Of a stretch of DNA of 64,000 nucleotides, positions 53,670-61,768 are shown piece after piece; within the stretch, counting starts at the first letter, position 1, and the number at the start of each line of letters is the position of its first letter. This DNA comes from Alphaproteobacteria bacterium (GTDB lineage Bacteria > Pseudomonadota > Alphaproteobacteria > Rickettsiales > SXRF01). A program made the position numbers and the translations under genes. The notes beneath the pieces were generated by a model. It saw nothing but the letters and a program-made list of their open reading frames with translations. It had not been told where the DNA came from and ran no database searches. The DNA lies in the NCBI GenBank assembly GCA_039808985.1, contig JBDHUC010000006.1, positions 20,261-84,260 on the forward strand, written 5' to 3'.

Positions 53670-55223
53670 ATGGCTAATGCACTGAATAATCTATGTGATT
53701 TTATTCACGAGGCACAAAAGGAACGCGGTTCGGTATCTCTCTATCTGCGCAGCAGGAATGGTGTGTATTCAGAAGCCATGGAGTCGCAATTTGCCGTGTT
53801 GGATGGAGTTGGCAAAGCGCTTAACAAACTGCCGAAGAAGCAAAGTTCGCGCATTGAGCCGCTTCTCAATGCTATTCGCTACCTTCCCGCAAAGAGGAAA
53901 TACATAATCGCCAGGATGCTTAGGGCAGGGGAGGCTATTTCGTTTTATAGCCGTGATATTATAGCCCCTGCGATTGAAATAGTGCAGGAGCTTGCGGTTC
54001 TGGATCCTGTTAATAACCCGGCTAAGGTTTCTGCTTTTATTAATCTTCTCTATTGGAAAGAACGAGTTGGGTTGGAATGTGCGCTTGGTATACAGCTTGT
54101 GAACCTTGATGGGGCGCAAACAGCAGATTTTAAAAATCGTCTTGAATATATTGTTTCTGAGCAGCAGGCTTATGAGCGCATGTTTTTGGCGCTGGCAGAT
54201 GAAAATGGGCGTAAATCTGTAGAAAATCTTAAGAAAAATAATGATATATTCCGCAGCATAACGGAAATTAATGACAATATTTCAAAGGGAAATATACAAG
54301 AGGTGATAAGGTCTGTAAGCACTGAAGAATGGTTTAGGCTCTTCAGTGGCAAGATGGATTTGCTCCACGATGTTAGCAAAAATATTGTGGTTAATCTTAT
54401 TGCTGAACAGGAAGTTGTAAATTCTCCTGCGGCTCCTGAGGCAACACCTATAACTGATGAGCAGGCTGGCATTGAAACCGATGTGCGTGCCTATATGGGC
54501 ACTATTCAGTTGTTGCCGCTTTTTGCCGGGCTTACGCCTGATTCGCTGCAGGATATTTTGAAATATGCGCGCATTGTGAGCCATAACAAGGGTGCGGTGA
54601 TATTTTTGCAGGGCGAACAGGCTTCGCGTTTTTATATTATCCTTGAAGGCTGGGTTAAGCTGTTCAAGGGCAATGTCGAGGGGCAGGAATCCATCTTGCA
54701 GGTTATGACGGTTGGGGAAACATTGCTTGAAACTGTGATTTTCAGCAATCTCCCATTCCCGGTTACAGCGCAGGCAGTTGAGAACGTAAGGCTGCTGTCT
54801 ATTCCCGCAACGATCGTGCGTGAGAAGCTTCAGAGTAATAAAGAGCTGGCAATTAATATGCTATCAACCGTAGCGGTGCGCTCCCAGCTTCTTATAAGCC
54901 AGTTCGAACAGCTAACGCTTAAAACCGTAACGCAGCGTGTCGGTTGGTTTCTGCTGAAATTATTTTTAGAGAATGGGGAGCGCACTACCAACCTCAAGCT
55001 GCCATATGATAAATCGCTGATTGCCGGATATTTAGGCATGAAACCGGAAACCTTCTCGCGTACGCTTCAGGCCCTCAAAGAGCAGGGGATTGATATTGAT
55101 AAAAATAATATCAGCCTGCCGGATGTATTCGCTCTTTGCGATTTTTGTGATATGGAGTTGGCGGCAAAATGCAGCCGTTGCGGGACAAAAGAATGCCCAA
55201 ACCCGGATTGTGCTCACGCTTAA
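53670..55223 (+). CDS. NIT (nitrate/nitrite-sensing) domain fused to a Crp/Fnr-type cNMP-binding-like domain, an HTH and a Cys-rich tail
   Basis: About 517 aa from the ATG at 53670 (a TTG at 53655 is possible). The NIT half-repeats carry FIHEAQKERGSVSLYL and LLYWKERVGLECALG. A Crp-type beta-roll follows (LFAGLTPDSL...FYIILEGWVKLF), then an HTH with ETFSR and the tail CDFCDMELAAKCSRCGTKECPNPDC. Confidence 0.8.
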   Translation: MANALNNLCDFIHEAQKERGSVSLYLRSRNGVYSEAMESQFAVLDGVGKALNKLPKKQSSRIEPLLNAIRYLPAKRKYIIARMLRAGEAISFYSRDIIAPAIEIVQELAVLDPVNNPAKVSAFINLLYWKERVGLECALGIQLVNLDGAQTADFKNRLEYIVSEQQAYERMFLALADENGRKSVENLKKNNDIFRSITEINDNISKGNIQEVIRSVSTEEWFRLFSGKMDLLHDVSKNIVVNLIAEQEVVNSPAAPEATPITDEQAGIETDVRAYMGTIQLLPLFAGLTPDSLQDILKYARIVSHNKGAVIFLQGEQASRFYIILEGWVKLFKGNVEGQESILQVMTVGETLLETVIFSNLPFPVTAQAVENVRLLSIPATIVREKLQSNKELAINMLSTVAVRSQLLISQFEQLTLKTVTQRVGWFLLKLFLENGERTTNLKLPYDKSLIAGYLGMKPETFSRTLQALKEQGIDIDKNNISLPDVFALCDFCDMELAAKCSRCGTKECPNPDCAHA

Positions 55224-55233
55224 ATTATAGCAG

Positions 55234-55247
55234 TTGATCTGTATCAA
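55234..55247. promoter_or_regulatory. FNR-type box TTGAT-ctgt-ATCAA upstream of the moa operon leader
   Basis: A perfect palindrome 11 nt after the regulator stop and ~30 nt before the putative Moco riboswitch. Confidence 0.65.
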
Positions 55248-55267
55248 TTGCAGGATGCCCTTTCCTT

Positions 55268-55400
55268 TGTTACTCTCCAGCCATCCGAAGCTTTGGGGTC
55301 CTAAGCAGTAGCCATGCTCCTGTATGGTCCCAGGGCCGTAATCATAAGATTGCCGGGTAGTGATGGAAACGCTGCTATCTCCCGTTTTTGGAAAGGATGC
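55268..55400 (+). promoter_or_regulatory. molybdenum cofactor (Moco) riboswitch candidate in the moaA leader
   Basis: The leader contains elements I recall from the E. coli moaA Moco motif: ACTCTCCAGCC..., ...GGGCCGTAATCATAAGATTGCC..., and the 3' element CTCCCGTTTTTGGAAAGGATG, which embeds the moaA RBS just before the ATG at 55405. Confidence 0.6.
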
Positions 55401-55404
55401 TAAA

Positions 55405-56376
55405 ATGTTGAAGGATTCATTTGGGAGAAAATTCCCCTATTTAAGGCTGTCCGTGACGGAGGTGTGCAACTTCCGCTGTACCTATTGCCTGCCAAATGGC
55501 TACCAGAAAACTGATCGTGATTTCCTGACGCTTCCCGAAATCCGCAGGGTCGCTTCGGCATTCGCCGCGCTTGGCACCCATAAAATCCGCCTGACCGGCG
55601 GCGAGCCGACAGTGCGGCATGATTTAACCGAAATTGCCCGCGCTGTAAGTTCTGTTCCAGGTATACGCACAATAGCGCTCACCACCAACGGCTACAATCT
55701 TAAAGAAAATGCCCGCGCATTTTATGAAGCAGGCATTAATGCGCTGAATGTGAGCGTCGATAGCCTTGATCCAGCACGGTTTCACGCCATTACCGGGCAT
55801 GACAGGCTTATGCATGTGCTGGAAGGGATTGAGGCGGCGAAGGCGGTGGGCTTTAGCAATATCAAAATCAATTCGGTGCTGCTCAAGGAAGTTACCGATG
55901 GCGCGCTGCCTGATTTCCTGGCATGGATTAAGCGCGAGTCGCTCTCTGTCCGGTTTATTGAGCTGATGCAAACTGGCGAAAATCTGGCCTTTTTCAAACA
56001 GCACCACATCAGCGCGAATGTGATTATTCAGCAATTGCTGGAGCATGGGTTCGTGCCGGAAATTCGCAAAGCCGATGCCGGCCCGGCGCAGGAGTTTACG
56101 CATCCCGGTTATGCGGGGAAGATCGGCGTCATCGCGCCGTATTCAAAGGATTTCTGCAAAAACTGCAACCGCCTGCGCGTTACCTCACGCGGTAAGCTGA
56201 TGCTCTGCCTGTTTGGCGAGGGCGGCTATGATCTGCGCCCATACTTGCAGCATGACGGCCAGCGCGAAGAGCTTATGGATGCGATTGCGTCAGCGCTGCA
56301 TTTTAAACACGAAACCCATTATTTGCAGCAGGGATTCACCGGCTCCACGCCGCACCTTGCATCACTAGGAGGATAG
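55405..56376 (+). CDS. moaA: GTP 3',8-cyclase (radical SAM)
   Basis: 323 aa from the ATG at 55405. CNFRCTYC radical-SAM motif, C-terminal CxxCxRLR cluster (CKNCNRLRVT), and a terminal GG. Confidence 0.92.
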   Translation: MLKDSFGRKFPYLRLSVTEVCNFRCTYCLPNGYQKTDRDFLTLPEIRRVASAFAALGTHKIRLTGGEPTVRHDLTEIARAVSSVPGIRTIALTTNGYNLKENARAFYEAGINALNVSVDSLDPARFHAITGHDRLMHVLEGIEAAKAVGFSNIKINSVLLKEVTDGALPDFLAWIKRESLSVRFIELMQTGENLAFFKQHHISANVIIQQLLEHGFVPEIRKADAGPAQEFTHPGYAGKIGVIAPYSKDFCKNCNRLRVTSRGKLMLCLFGEGGYDLRPYLQHDGQREELMDAIASALHFKHETHYLQQGFTGSTPHLASLGG

Positions 56377-57366
56377 ATGAAACCCAGTTTCCAAATGATA
56401 GATGTCGGAAATAAGCCTATCAAACACCGCATCGCGGTGGCCAGCGGAGAAATCGTTGTGGGGGCAGATGCCTTCGCGCTGATCCGTGACCGCAAACTGC
56501 CCAAGGGCGATGTGCTGGTGCTGGCCGAAATCGCAGGTATTCAGGGCGCGAAGAAGGCTTATGAGATGATTCCTCTCTGTCACCCTATGGGACTGGACAT
56601 GGTACGGGTTTTCACCGAATTACTGCCGGAAGAAAATGCGGTGCGCGTATATTGCGCCGCTTCCGTGCATGCCAAAACAGGCATCGAGATGGAAGTTCTG
56701 GCGGGTGTGAATGCGGCGCTGCTCACAATCTGGGATTTGAGCAAGATGATCGAAGCGAACCTGGCGATGCGTGCAATTAAACTTCTTGCAAAAAAGGGCG
56801 GTAAATCCGGGCTGTGGCTTAATCCCGCAGGTGTGCCGGAGTGGGTGATGGAACTGGTAAATCAACAAGCCGCACAGTTGCTGTCAGGCCGCAAAGCCGC
56901 CGTGCTGACCTTGAGCGACCGTGCGGCCAAAGGTGAATACGAAGATATTTCCGGCACATCATTAAAGAAGGCACTGGAAGAAGCCGGATGCACGATTTGC
57001 AATTATCAGGTGATCCCGGATGATAAGGACGGCATCGCCGCCACGGTTCAGGAAATAGTGAAACGCCATACGCCGCATCTGCTGATCACCACGGGCGGCA
57101 CCGGTGTTTCGCCGCGTGACTATACGCCGGAAGCACTGCTGCCGCTATTCGATAAGGAAATTCCCGGAGTGGGCGAATTGCTGCGTAGCGACGGGGCGCA
57201 GTTCACGCCGCTTTCATGGAGCAGCCGCGCCGTGGGCGGCATTATCGGCTCTACGCTCGTTATCACGCTTCCGGGCAATCCTGCTGCTGTCAGCGAGGGA
57301 CTCTCCGCCTTGCTGCCCAAACTAATCCCGCATCTAATACGCATTACCAATGGAGAAAAACCATGA
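56377..57366 (+). CDS. moaC: bifunctional cyclic pyranopterin monophosphate synthase MoaC / MoaB-MogA-type domain protein
   Basis: 329 aa. N-terminal MoaC (MIDVGNKP..., IPLCHP, KTGIEMEVLAGV) fused to a MogA/MoaB domain (TLSDRAAKG...ITTGGTGVSPRD). Confidence 0.88.
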   Translation: MKPSFQMIDVGNKPIKHRIAVASGEIVVGADAFALIRDRKLPKGDVLVLAEIAGIQGAKKAYEMIPLCHPMGLDMVRVFTELLPEENAVRVYCAASVHAKTGIEMEVLAGVNAALLTIWDLSKMIEANLAMRAIKLLAKKGGKSGLWLNPAGVPEWVMELVNQQAAQLLSGRKAAVLTLSDRAAKGEYEDISGTSLKKALEEAGCTICNYQVIPDDKDGIAATVQEIVKRHTPHLLITTGGTGVSPRDYTPEALLPLFDKEIPGVGELLRSDGAQFTPLSWSSRAVGGIIGSTLVITLPGNPAAVSEGLSALLPKLIPHLIRITNGEKP

Positions 57367-58616
57367 TCCCTTATGAAGAAGCAGTGGCAATTATCCTGAA
57401 ACACGCCAAACCATGCCCTGTCATTACAAAGCCATTATTGCAAGCGCTGGGAAATATTGCGGCTCATGATGTGCAAAGTTCTATTCAGGTACCAAGCTTC
57501 CGCAACAGCGCGATGGATGGTTTTGCCGTGTGCGCATCCCGGCTTGCTGCCGCCAGCGGACAAAACCCCGTTAACTTAAAAATTCAGGCGGCTATTGCGG
57601 CGGGAGATGTTGTATCCACCGGAAAAGCGGAAACTGCCGTGCAGGTTATGACTGGCGCAATCGTACCGGAACCTTACGATGCTATTGTGCCGGTGGAGCT
57701 GGTGGCCATATCCGGCGATAGCGTTACATTCACCAAGCCCGCCCGCATGGGTGACCATATCAGGCTTCCGGGCGAGGATGTCAGGAATGGCCAGGCTGTG
57801 CTGCGTCAGGGAGAGCGTATCAGCCCTGAAACCATTATGCTGCTCTCGGCGCTCGGAGTAGCGGAAGTGGCGGTGGCACAAGCGCCGCTCCTGCATATCA
57901 TCAGCACCGGCAACGAAATCAGCGATGATTATGCCGCGCCTCTGCTAGGCGCACAAATATACAATTCCAACGCACCGTACCTGCTGGCGGCAGCGCAGCA
58001 GCAAGGGCTGGAAGTGCGTTATGAAGGCATAGTGCGCGATGAACCGGCGTTATTTGAAGAAAAACTTGCAGCCATTAAAGAGCCAGCGGTAATCATCAGT
58101 ACCGGCGCGGTTTCCAAAGGCGTGTGGGATTTTATACCGGATAGTTTGAGGAAAATCGGGGCAGAGATACATTTTCACCGCGTCAATATCCGCCCCGGAA
58201 AGCCGGTATTGTTTGCGACGCTGCCGGGTGGAAGCTACTATTTCGGGCTACCGGGTAACCCTATTTCTGCTGCTATTGGCTTTACCTTTTTCGTGATGCC
58301 GCTTGTGAGAGTACTAAAAGGCCAGCTTGATTCACAGCCATTTATGGCAATCCTGGAAAACAGCTTAACCAAAAAAGGGGATTTTCGCCACTTCCTTAAA
58401 GCCAGTATATGGATAAATGAGGTCGGCAGTTTGCGCGTGCGCATAGCAGATGGCCAGGAATCCTTCAAGATAAGCCCGATGGCGGCGAGCAACGCATGGG
58501 TGGTGTTAGAGGAGGGCAAAACCCGGTGGGATGCAGGCGATGTTGTTTCGGTAGTTCCATACGGCACAATTTCCACAAATGCACCTGAGGAGCTAGTACT
58601 ATGTCAGGCAGCATAA
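57363..58616 (+). CDS. moeA: molybdopterin molybdenumtransferase
   Basis: 417 aa from the ATG at 57363 (ATGA overlap). SFRNSAMDGFAV and LPGNPISA are MoeA hallmarks. Confidence 0.9.
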   Translation: MIPYEEAVAIILKHAKPCPVITKPLLQALGNIAAHDVQSSIQVPSFRNSAMDGFAVCASRLAAASGQNPVNLKIQAAIAAGDVVSTGKAETAVQVMTGAIVPEPYDAIVPVELVAISGDSVTFTKPARMGDHIRLPGEDVRNGQAVLRQGERISPETIMLLSALGVAEVAVAQAPLLHIISTGNEISDDYAAPLLGAQIYNSNAPYLLAAAQQQGLEVRYEGIVRDEPALFEEKLAAIKEPAVIISTGAVSKGVWDFIPDSLRKIGAEIHFHRVNIRPGKPVLFATLPGGSYYFGLPGNPISAAIGFTFFVMPLVRVLKGQLDSQPFMAILENSLTKKGDFRHFLKASIWINEVGSLRVRIADGQESFKISPMAASNAWVVLEEGKTRWDAGDVVSVVPYGTISTNAPEELVLCQAA

Positions 58617-58855
58617 CGCTTACTATAAGCCTTTTTGGTGCATTCCGTGGATATGAAAACGGTGGGCCGCTTACGCTTGCCCTGCCGCAGGGCGCAACAC
58701 TTGTACAAGCGCGCAGCGCCATTAAAGAAGCTCTTGGCGGCCATCCTCTGGTGGATAACTCGGCGCTGGCTGATGAAACCCGTATTCTGTCGGAAGCTGC
58801 TATATTCGAGCGCGATACGGAATTAGCCATCCTGCCCCCGGTTTGCGGAGGGTAA
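58601..58855 (+). CDS. moaD: molybdopterin synthase sulfur-carrier subunit
   Basis: 84 aa, ubiquitin-like, ending in the diagnostic Gly-Gly (…PPVCGG). Confidence 0.85.
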   Translation: MSGSITLTISLFGAFRGYENGGPLTLALPQGATLVQARSAIKEALGGHPLVDNSALADETRILSEAAIFERDTELAILPPVCGG

Positions 58856-58860
58856 CAATT

Positions 58861-59310
58861 ATGGACTCTATCTATACAGGCATTAGCGGGGAGGCGCTTT
58901 CCATCCAGAAAGCGGCTGATTTTGTGGATGCGCCAGAGAATGGCGCGCTTGATATGTTTGTCGGGAAGGTGCGCAACCATAACCTGGGCAAGGCAGTAAA
59001 TGCTGTAAGTTATGATGTGTTCGCGCCTCTGGCCAACACCGTGTTTTTAGAGCTTTGCACAGAGGCGAGGGCGCAATTTGGCGAGCGCCTGCGGCTTTAT
59101 GTGGAGCACTATAAAGGCAGGCTGGAGATCGGCGGTATCAGCGTTATTATTGCTGTTGGTTCCCCACACCGCGATGAATCCTTCAAAGCCTGCCGCTACC
59201 TGATCGAGCAGCTAAAGATCCGTGCTCCCATCTGGAAGCAGGAGCATTACGTGGATGGCGATAGCGAATGGGTGAAAGGCCATGCGCTTTGTGGGCATCA
59301 TCATGAATGA
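58861..59310 (+). CDS. moaE: molybdopterin synthase catalytic subunit
   Basis: 149 aa from the ATG at 58861. FVGKVRN...ISVIIAVGSPHRDESF...APIWKQE is typical of MoaE. Confidence 0.88.
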   Translation: MDSIYTGISGEALSIQKAADFVDAPENGALDMFVGKVRNHNLGKAVNAVSYDVFAPLANTVFLELCTEARAQFGERLRLYVEHYKGRLEIGGISVIIAVGSPHRDESFKACRYLIEQLKIRAPIWKQEHYVDGDSEWVKGHALCGHHHE

Positions 59311-59887
59311 TGTAGCCGCAGTTATCCTGGCAGGCGGCAAATCCTCACGCATGGGGCGTGATAAGGCGCTGCTTCCATACCAGGGTGCGCGCCTGATAGA
59401 TCGCATGATACGTGTAGTTGAAGAAATTGGTTGTTCTACTGTTGTAGTAAGCGGGTTTGTAGATGGCTATCACTGTATTAATGACATAAATAAAAACTGT
59501 GGCCCAATGGGAGGCATTCATGCCGTATTGCAAGCTGCAATAAAGGAAAATATGCCCAGGGCATGGTTATTTGTTCCGGTCGATATGCCTGCCATAACGC
59601 CAGGCTTGCTAGCACGCCTTTCCAGTAGCGCATGTGCAGGCGATTATGATGCAGCTTGTTTTGAAAATAATCCGCTGCCATTATTTATTAAATTAAACAA
59701 TCACGTTATAAATTGTTTGAATAATATGGAACTAAAATTTTTATCCGGCCAGAAAATTGCAGTAAAAGATTTTTTAGGAAACATGAAAATTTGTCGCCAT
59801 ACCGTATCTGCCGAAGAAAGGCCTTTTCTGGTAAATACCAACACGCCGGAAGAATGGCATGAGGTTATGAAAGGGATGGCGTCATGA
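59303..59887 (+). CDS. mobA: molybdenum cofactor guanylyltransferase
   Basis: 194 aa from the ATG at 59303. AVILAGGKSSRMGRDKALL, and DMP in VPVDMPAIT. Confidence 0.85.
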   Translation: MNDVAAVILAGGKSSRMGRDKALLPYQGARLIDRMIRVVEEIGCSTVVVSGFVDGYHCINDINKNCGPMGGIHAVLQAAIKENMPRAWLFVPVDMPAITPGLLARLSSSACAGDYDAACFENNPLPLFIKLNNHVINCLNNMELKFLSGQKIAVKDFLGNMKICRHTVSAEERPFLVNTNTPEEWHEVMKGMAS

Positions 59888-60216
59888 ACTTACGCATCAG
59901 TGAAAAACAACTTCGCTTCCGCATAACGCGGGATGAGTTACTGAAACTTATGGATGGGGAGAAGCTGGAATCGTATCTCGACCTGGGGGATCGCCAGTCT
60001 TTTAGCTATTGTATATTTACAGGTGAAAGTGATACGCCGCTGGCCTTTGATGCTGATAAAGGCATTTGGAGATTGAAAATAGCAAAAACGGCGCTTGCAG
60101 AATTTGCAGTTCTTCTTCCTTCGCGTGATGGGATAGAGTATGAGGCCCAGTTTGGCTCTGGGCGCGTCATGCTGATTCTGGAGGTGGATGTGCGGCGTGG
60201 TAAAAACCTGATATAG
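59884..60216 (+). CDS. hypothetical protein translationally coupled to mobA
   Basis: 110 aa. ATGA overlap with the mobA stop. No family was recognised. Confidence 0.5.
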   Translation: MNLRISEKQLRFRITRDELLKLMDGEKLESYLDLGDRQSFSYCIFTGESDTPLAFDADKGIWRLKIAKTALAEFAVLLPSRDGIEYEAQFGSGRVMLILEVDVRRGKNLI

Positions 60217-60238
60217 GCCATTTAAGACTTGCAGATAG

Positions 60239-60252
60239 TTGATTTATGTCAA
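60239..60252. promoter_or_regulatory. FNR/NnrR-type box TTGAT-ttat-GTCAA upstream of ytfE
   Basis: One mismatch to the palindrome. Centred ~67 nt upstream of the ytfE ATG. Confidence 0.6.
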
Positions 60253-60312
60253 TCCGCTAATGGAAAGATGTTTATAAACTATAGTTATTCCAAATAATAA
60301 TATGGAGGAACA

Positions 60313-61011
60313 ATGTCATTTTCAAAACAATCGCTTGGGGAAATCGCCTGTAATATACCCGGAGCCACAAAGGTTTTTCACCAGTTTCGTATGGATTTCT
60401 GCTGCGGTGGCAAGCGCAGCCTTGAGGAGGAAGCCTTGCGCAGGCAGGTGAGCCTGCCGGAAGTGCTTGAGGCTCTGGAGCAGCTTCGTTTAAAAAACTC
60501 TATGGAGAAAGACTGGACTAAAGCGCCGACTAAGGAGCTTGTAGACCATATAGTTGAGCGTTTTCATGCGCGCCACCGTGAGCAGTTGCCGGAGTTAATC
60601 CGATTGGCAGAAAAAGTTGAGCGTGTACATGCAGGACATCCGGATGTTCCTGCCGGGCTTGCAGCCCATCTGGCGCAAATGCTAAGTGAGCTTGAAAACC
60701 ATATGCAGAAAGAAGAGCGTATTCTATTCCCAATGCTGGTGCGCGGTCAGGGCAGCATGGCCGGTGGCCCGATTTCTGTTATGGAGTCAGAGCATGTAAT
60801 GCATGGTGAGGAACTCGAAAAAATGCTTGAGCTTACGCATCAGCTTGAATTGCCTGATGGGGCATGCAACACGTGGAGAGCGCTTTATCTAGGACTTTCC
60901 GAGCTGCGTGATGATTTGATGGAGCATATCCACCTGGAAAATAATATTTTGTTTAAACAGTCAGGCAGCGCTGGTGGTGGTTGTGGCGGCGGATGCAGTT
61001 GCAAAACATAA
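60313..61011 (+). CDS. ytfE: iron-sulfur cluster repair di-iron protein (RIC/YtfE/ScdA) with a Cys/Gly-rich tail
   Basis: 232 aa. ScdA_N motif FHQFRMDFCCGG and hemerythrin-like His/Glu motifs (HH..EE..LFP, EH...E). The tail is GSAGGGCGGGCSCKT. Confidence 0.88.
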   Translation: MSFSKQSLGEIACNIPGATKVFHQFRMDFCCGGKRSLEEEALRRQVSLPEVLEALEQLRLKNSMEKDWTKAPTKELVDHIVERFHARHREQLPELIRLAEKVERVHAGHPDVPAGLAAHLAQMLSELENHMQKEERILFPMLVRGQGSMAGGPISVMESEHVMHGEELEKMLELTHQLELPDGACNTWRALYLGLSELRDDLMEHIHLENNILFKQSGSAGGGCGGGCSCKT

Positions 61012-61754
61012 TGTCGTTTGAGGATTTATCGCTTTCTGTACTTATCTTTGTTGCGGCCACGCTGTATTCCTCCGTGGGGCACGCAGGCGCATCTGGGTAC
61101 CTGGCGGCAATGGCATTGTTCGGGCTTGCCCCGGAAACCATGCGCCCTACTGCCCTGGCGCTTAATGTTCTGGTTGCCTCGCTTGCTGCATGGCGATACA
61201 CGCGTGCTGGCCAGAGTGATGTAAAGTTACTGGCACCTTTTATAATAACGTCAATCCCCGCTGCATTTATCGGTGGAATGGTTCATATTCCAGGCGTATA
61301 TTATAAGCCGTTAATTGGTATCGTATTATTGCTGTCAGCATTCCAGTTGTTGCGCACAGCCAGAAAGTCAAAGCAGCAAGACAGTCTGGTGCATAGGCCA
61401 CCGCTGTCAGCAGCGCTTGCCACAGGCTTGGCCCTTGGCCTTCTTGCGGGGTTGAGTGGCACGGGTGGCGGCATTTTCCTCAGTCCATTATTGCTTTTTA
61501 TGGGCTGGGCGCCAACGCGTAAGGTATCAGGTATCTCTGCCAGCTTTATCCTGGTTAATTCTGTTTCCGGCCTGTTTGGGAATATGTCGTCTGTTCAGTC
61601 CTTGCCACATGCTCTGCCTCTATGGGCCGCTACGGCTCTTGCAGGAGGGGTGCTTGGCACACATCTTGGCACGCGTACCCTGACAATCCCCGGAATTCGC
61701 ATTATGCTTGCCGCAGTGTTGGTGATCGCAGGCGGCAAGATGTTGTTTGCCTGA
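61011..61754 (+). CDS. TauE/SafE-family (DUF81) anion exporter
   Basis: 247 aa from the ATG at 61011 (TAATG overlap with ytfE). Multi-TM, with the GxGGG motif LSGTGGGIFLSPLL. Confidence 0.75.
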   Translation: MSFEDLSLSVLIFVAATLYSSVGHAGASGYLAAMALFGLAPETMRPTALALNVLVASLAAWRYTRAGQSDVKLLAPFIITSIPAAFIGGMVHIPGVYYKPLIGIVLLLSAFQLLRTARKSKQQDSLVHRPPLSAALATGLALGLLAGLSGTGGGIFLSPLLLFMGWAPTRKVSGISASFILVNSVSGLFGNMSSVQSLPHALPLWAATALAGGVLGTHLGTRTLTIPGIRIMLAAVLVIAGGKMLFA

Positions 61755-61768
61755 GTATTGCCGATAAT

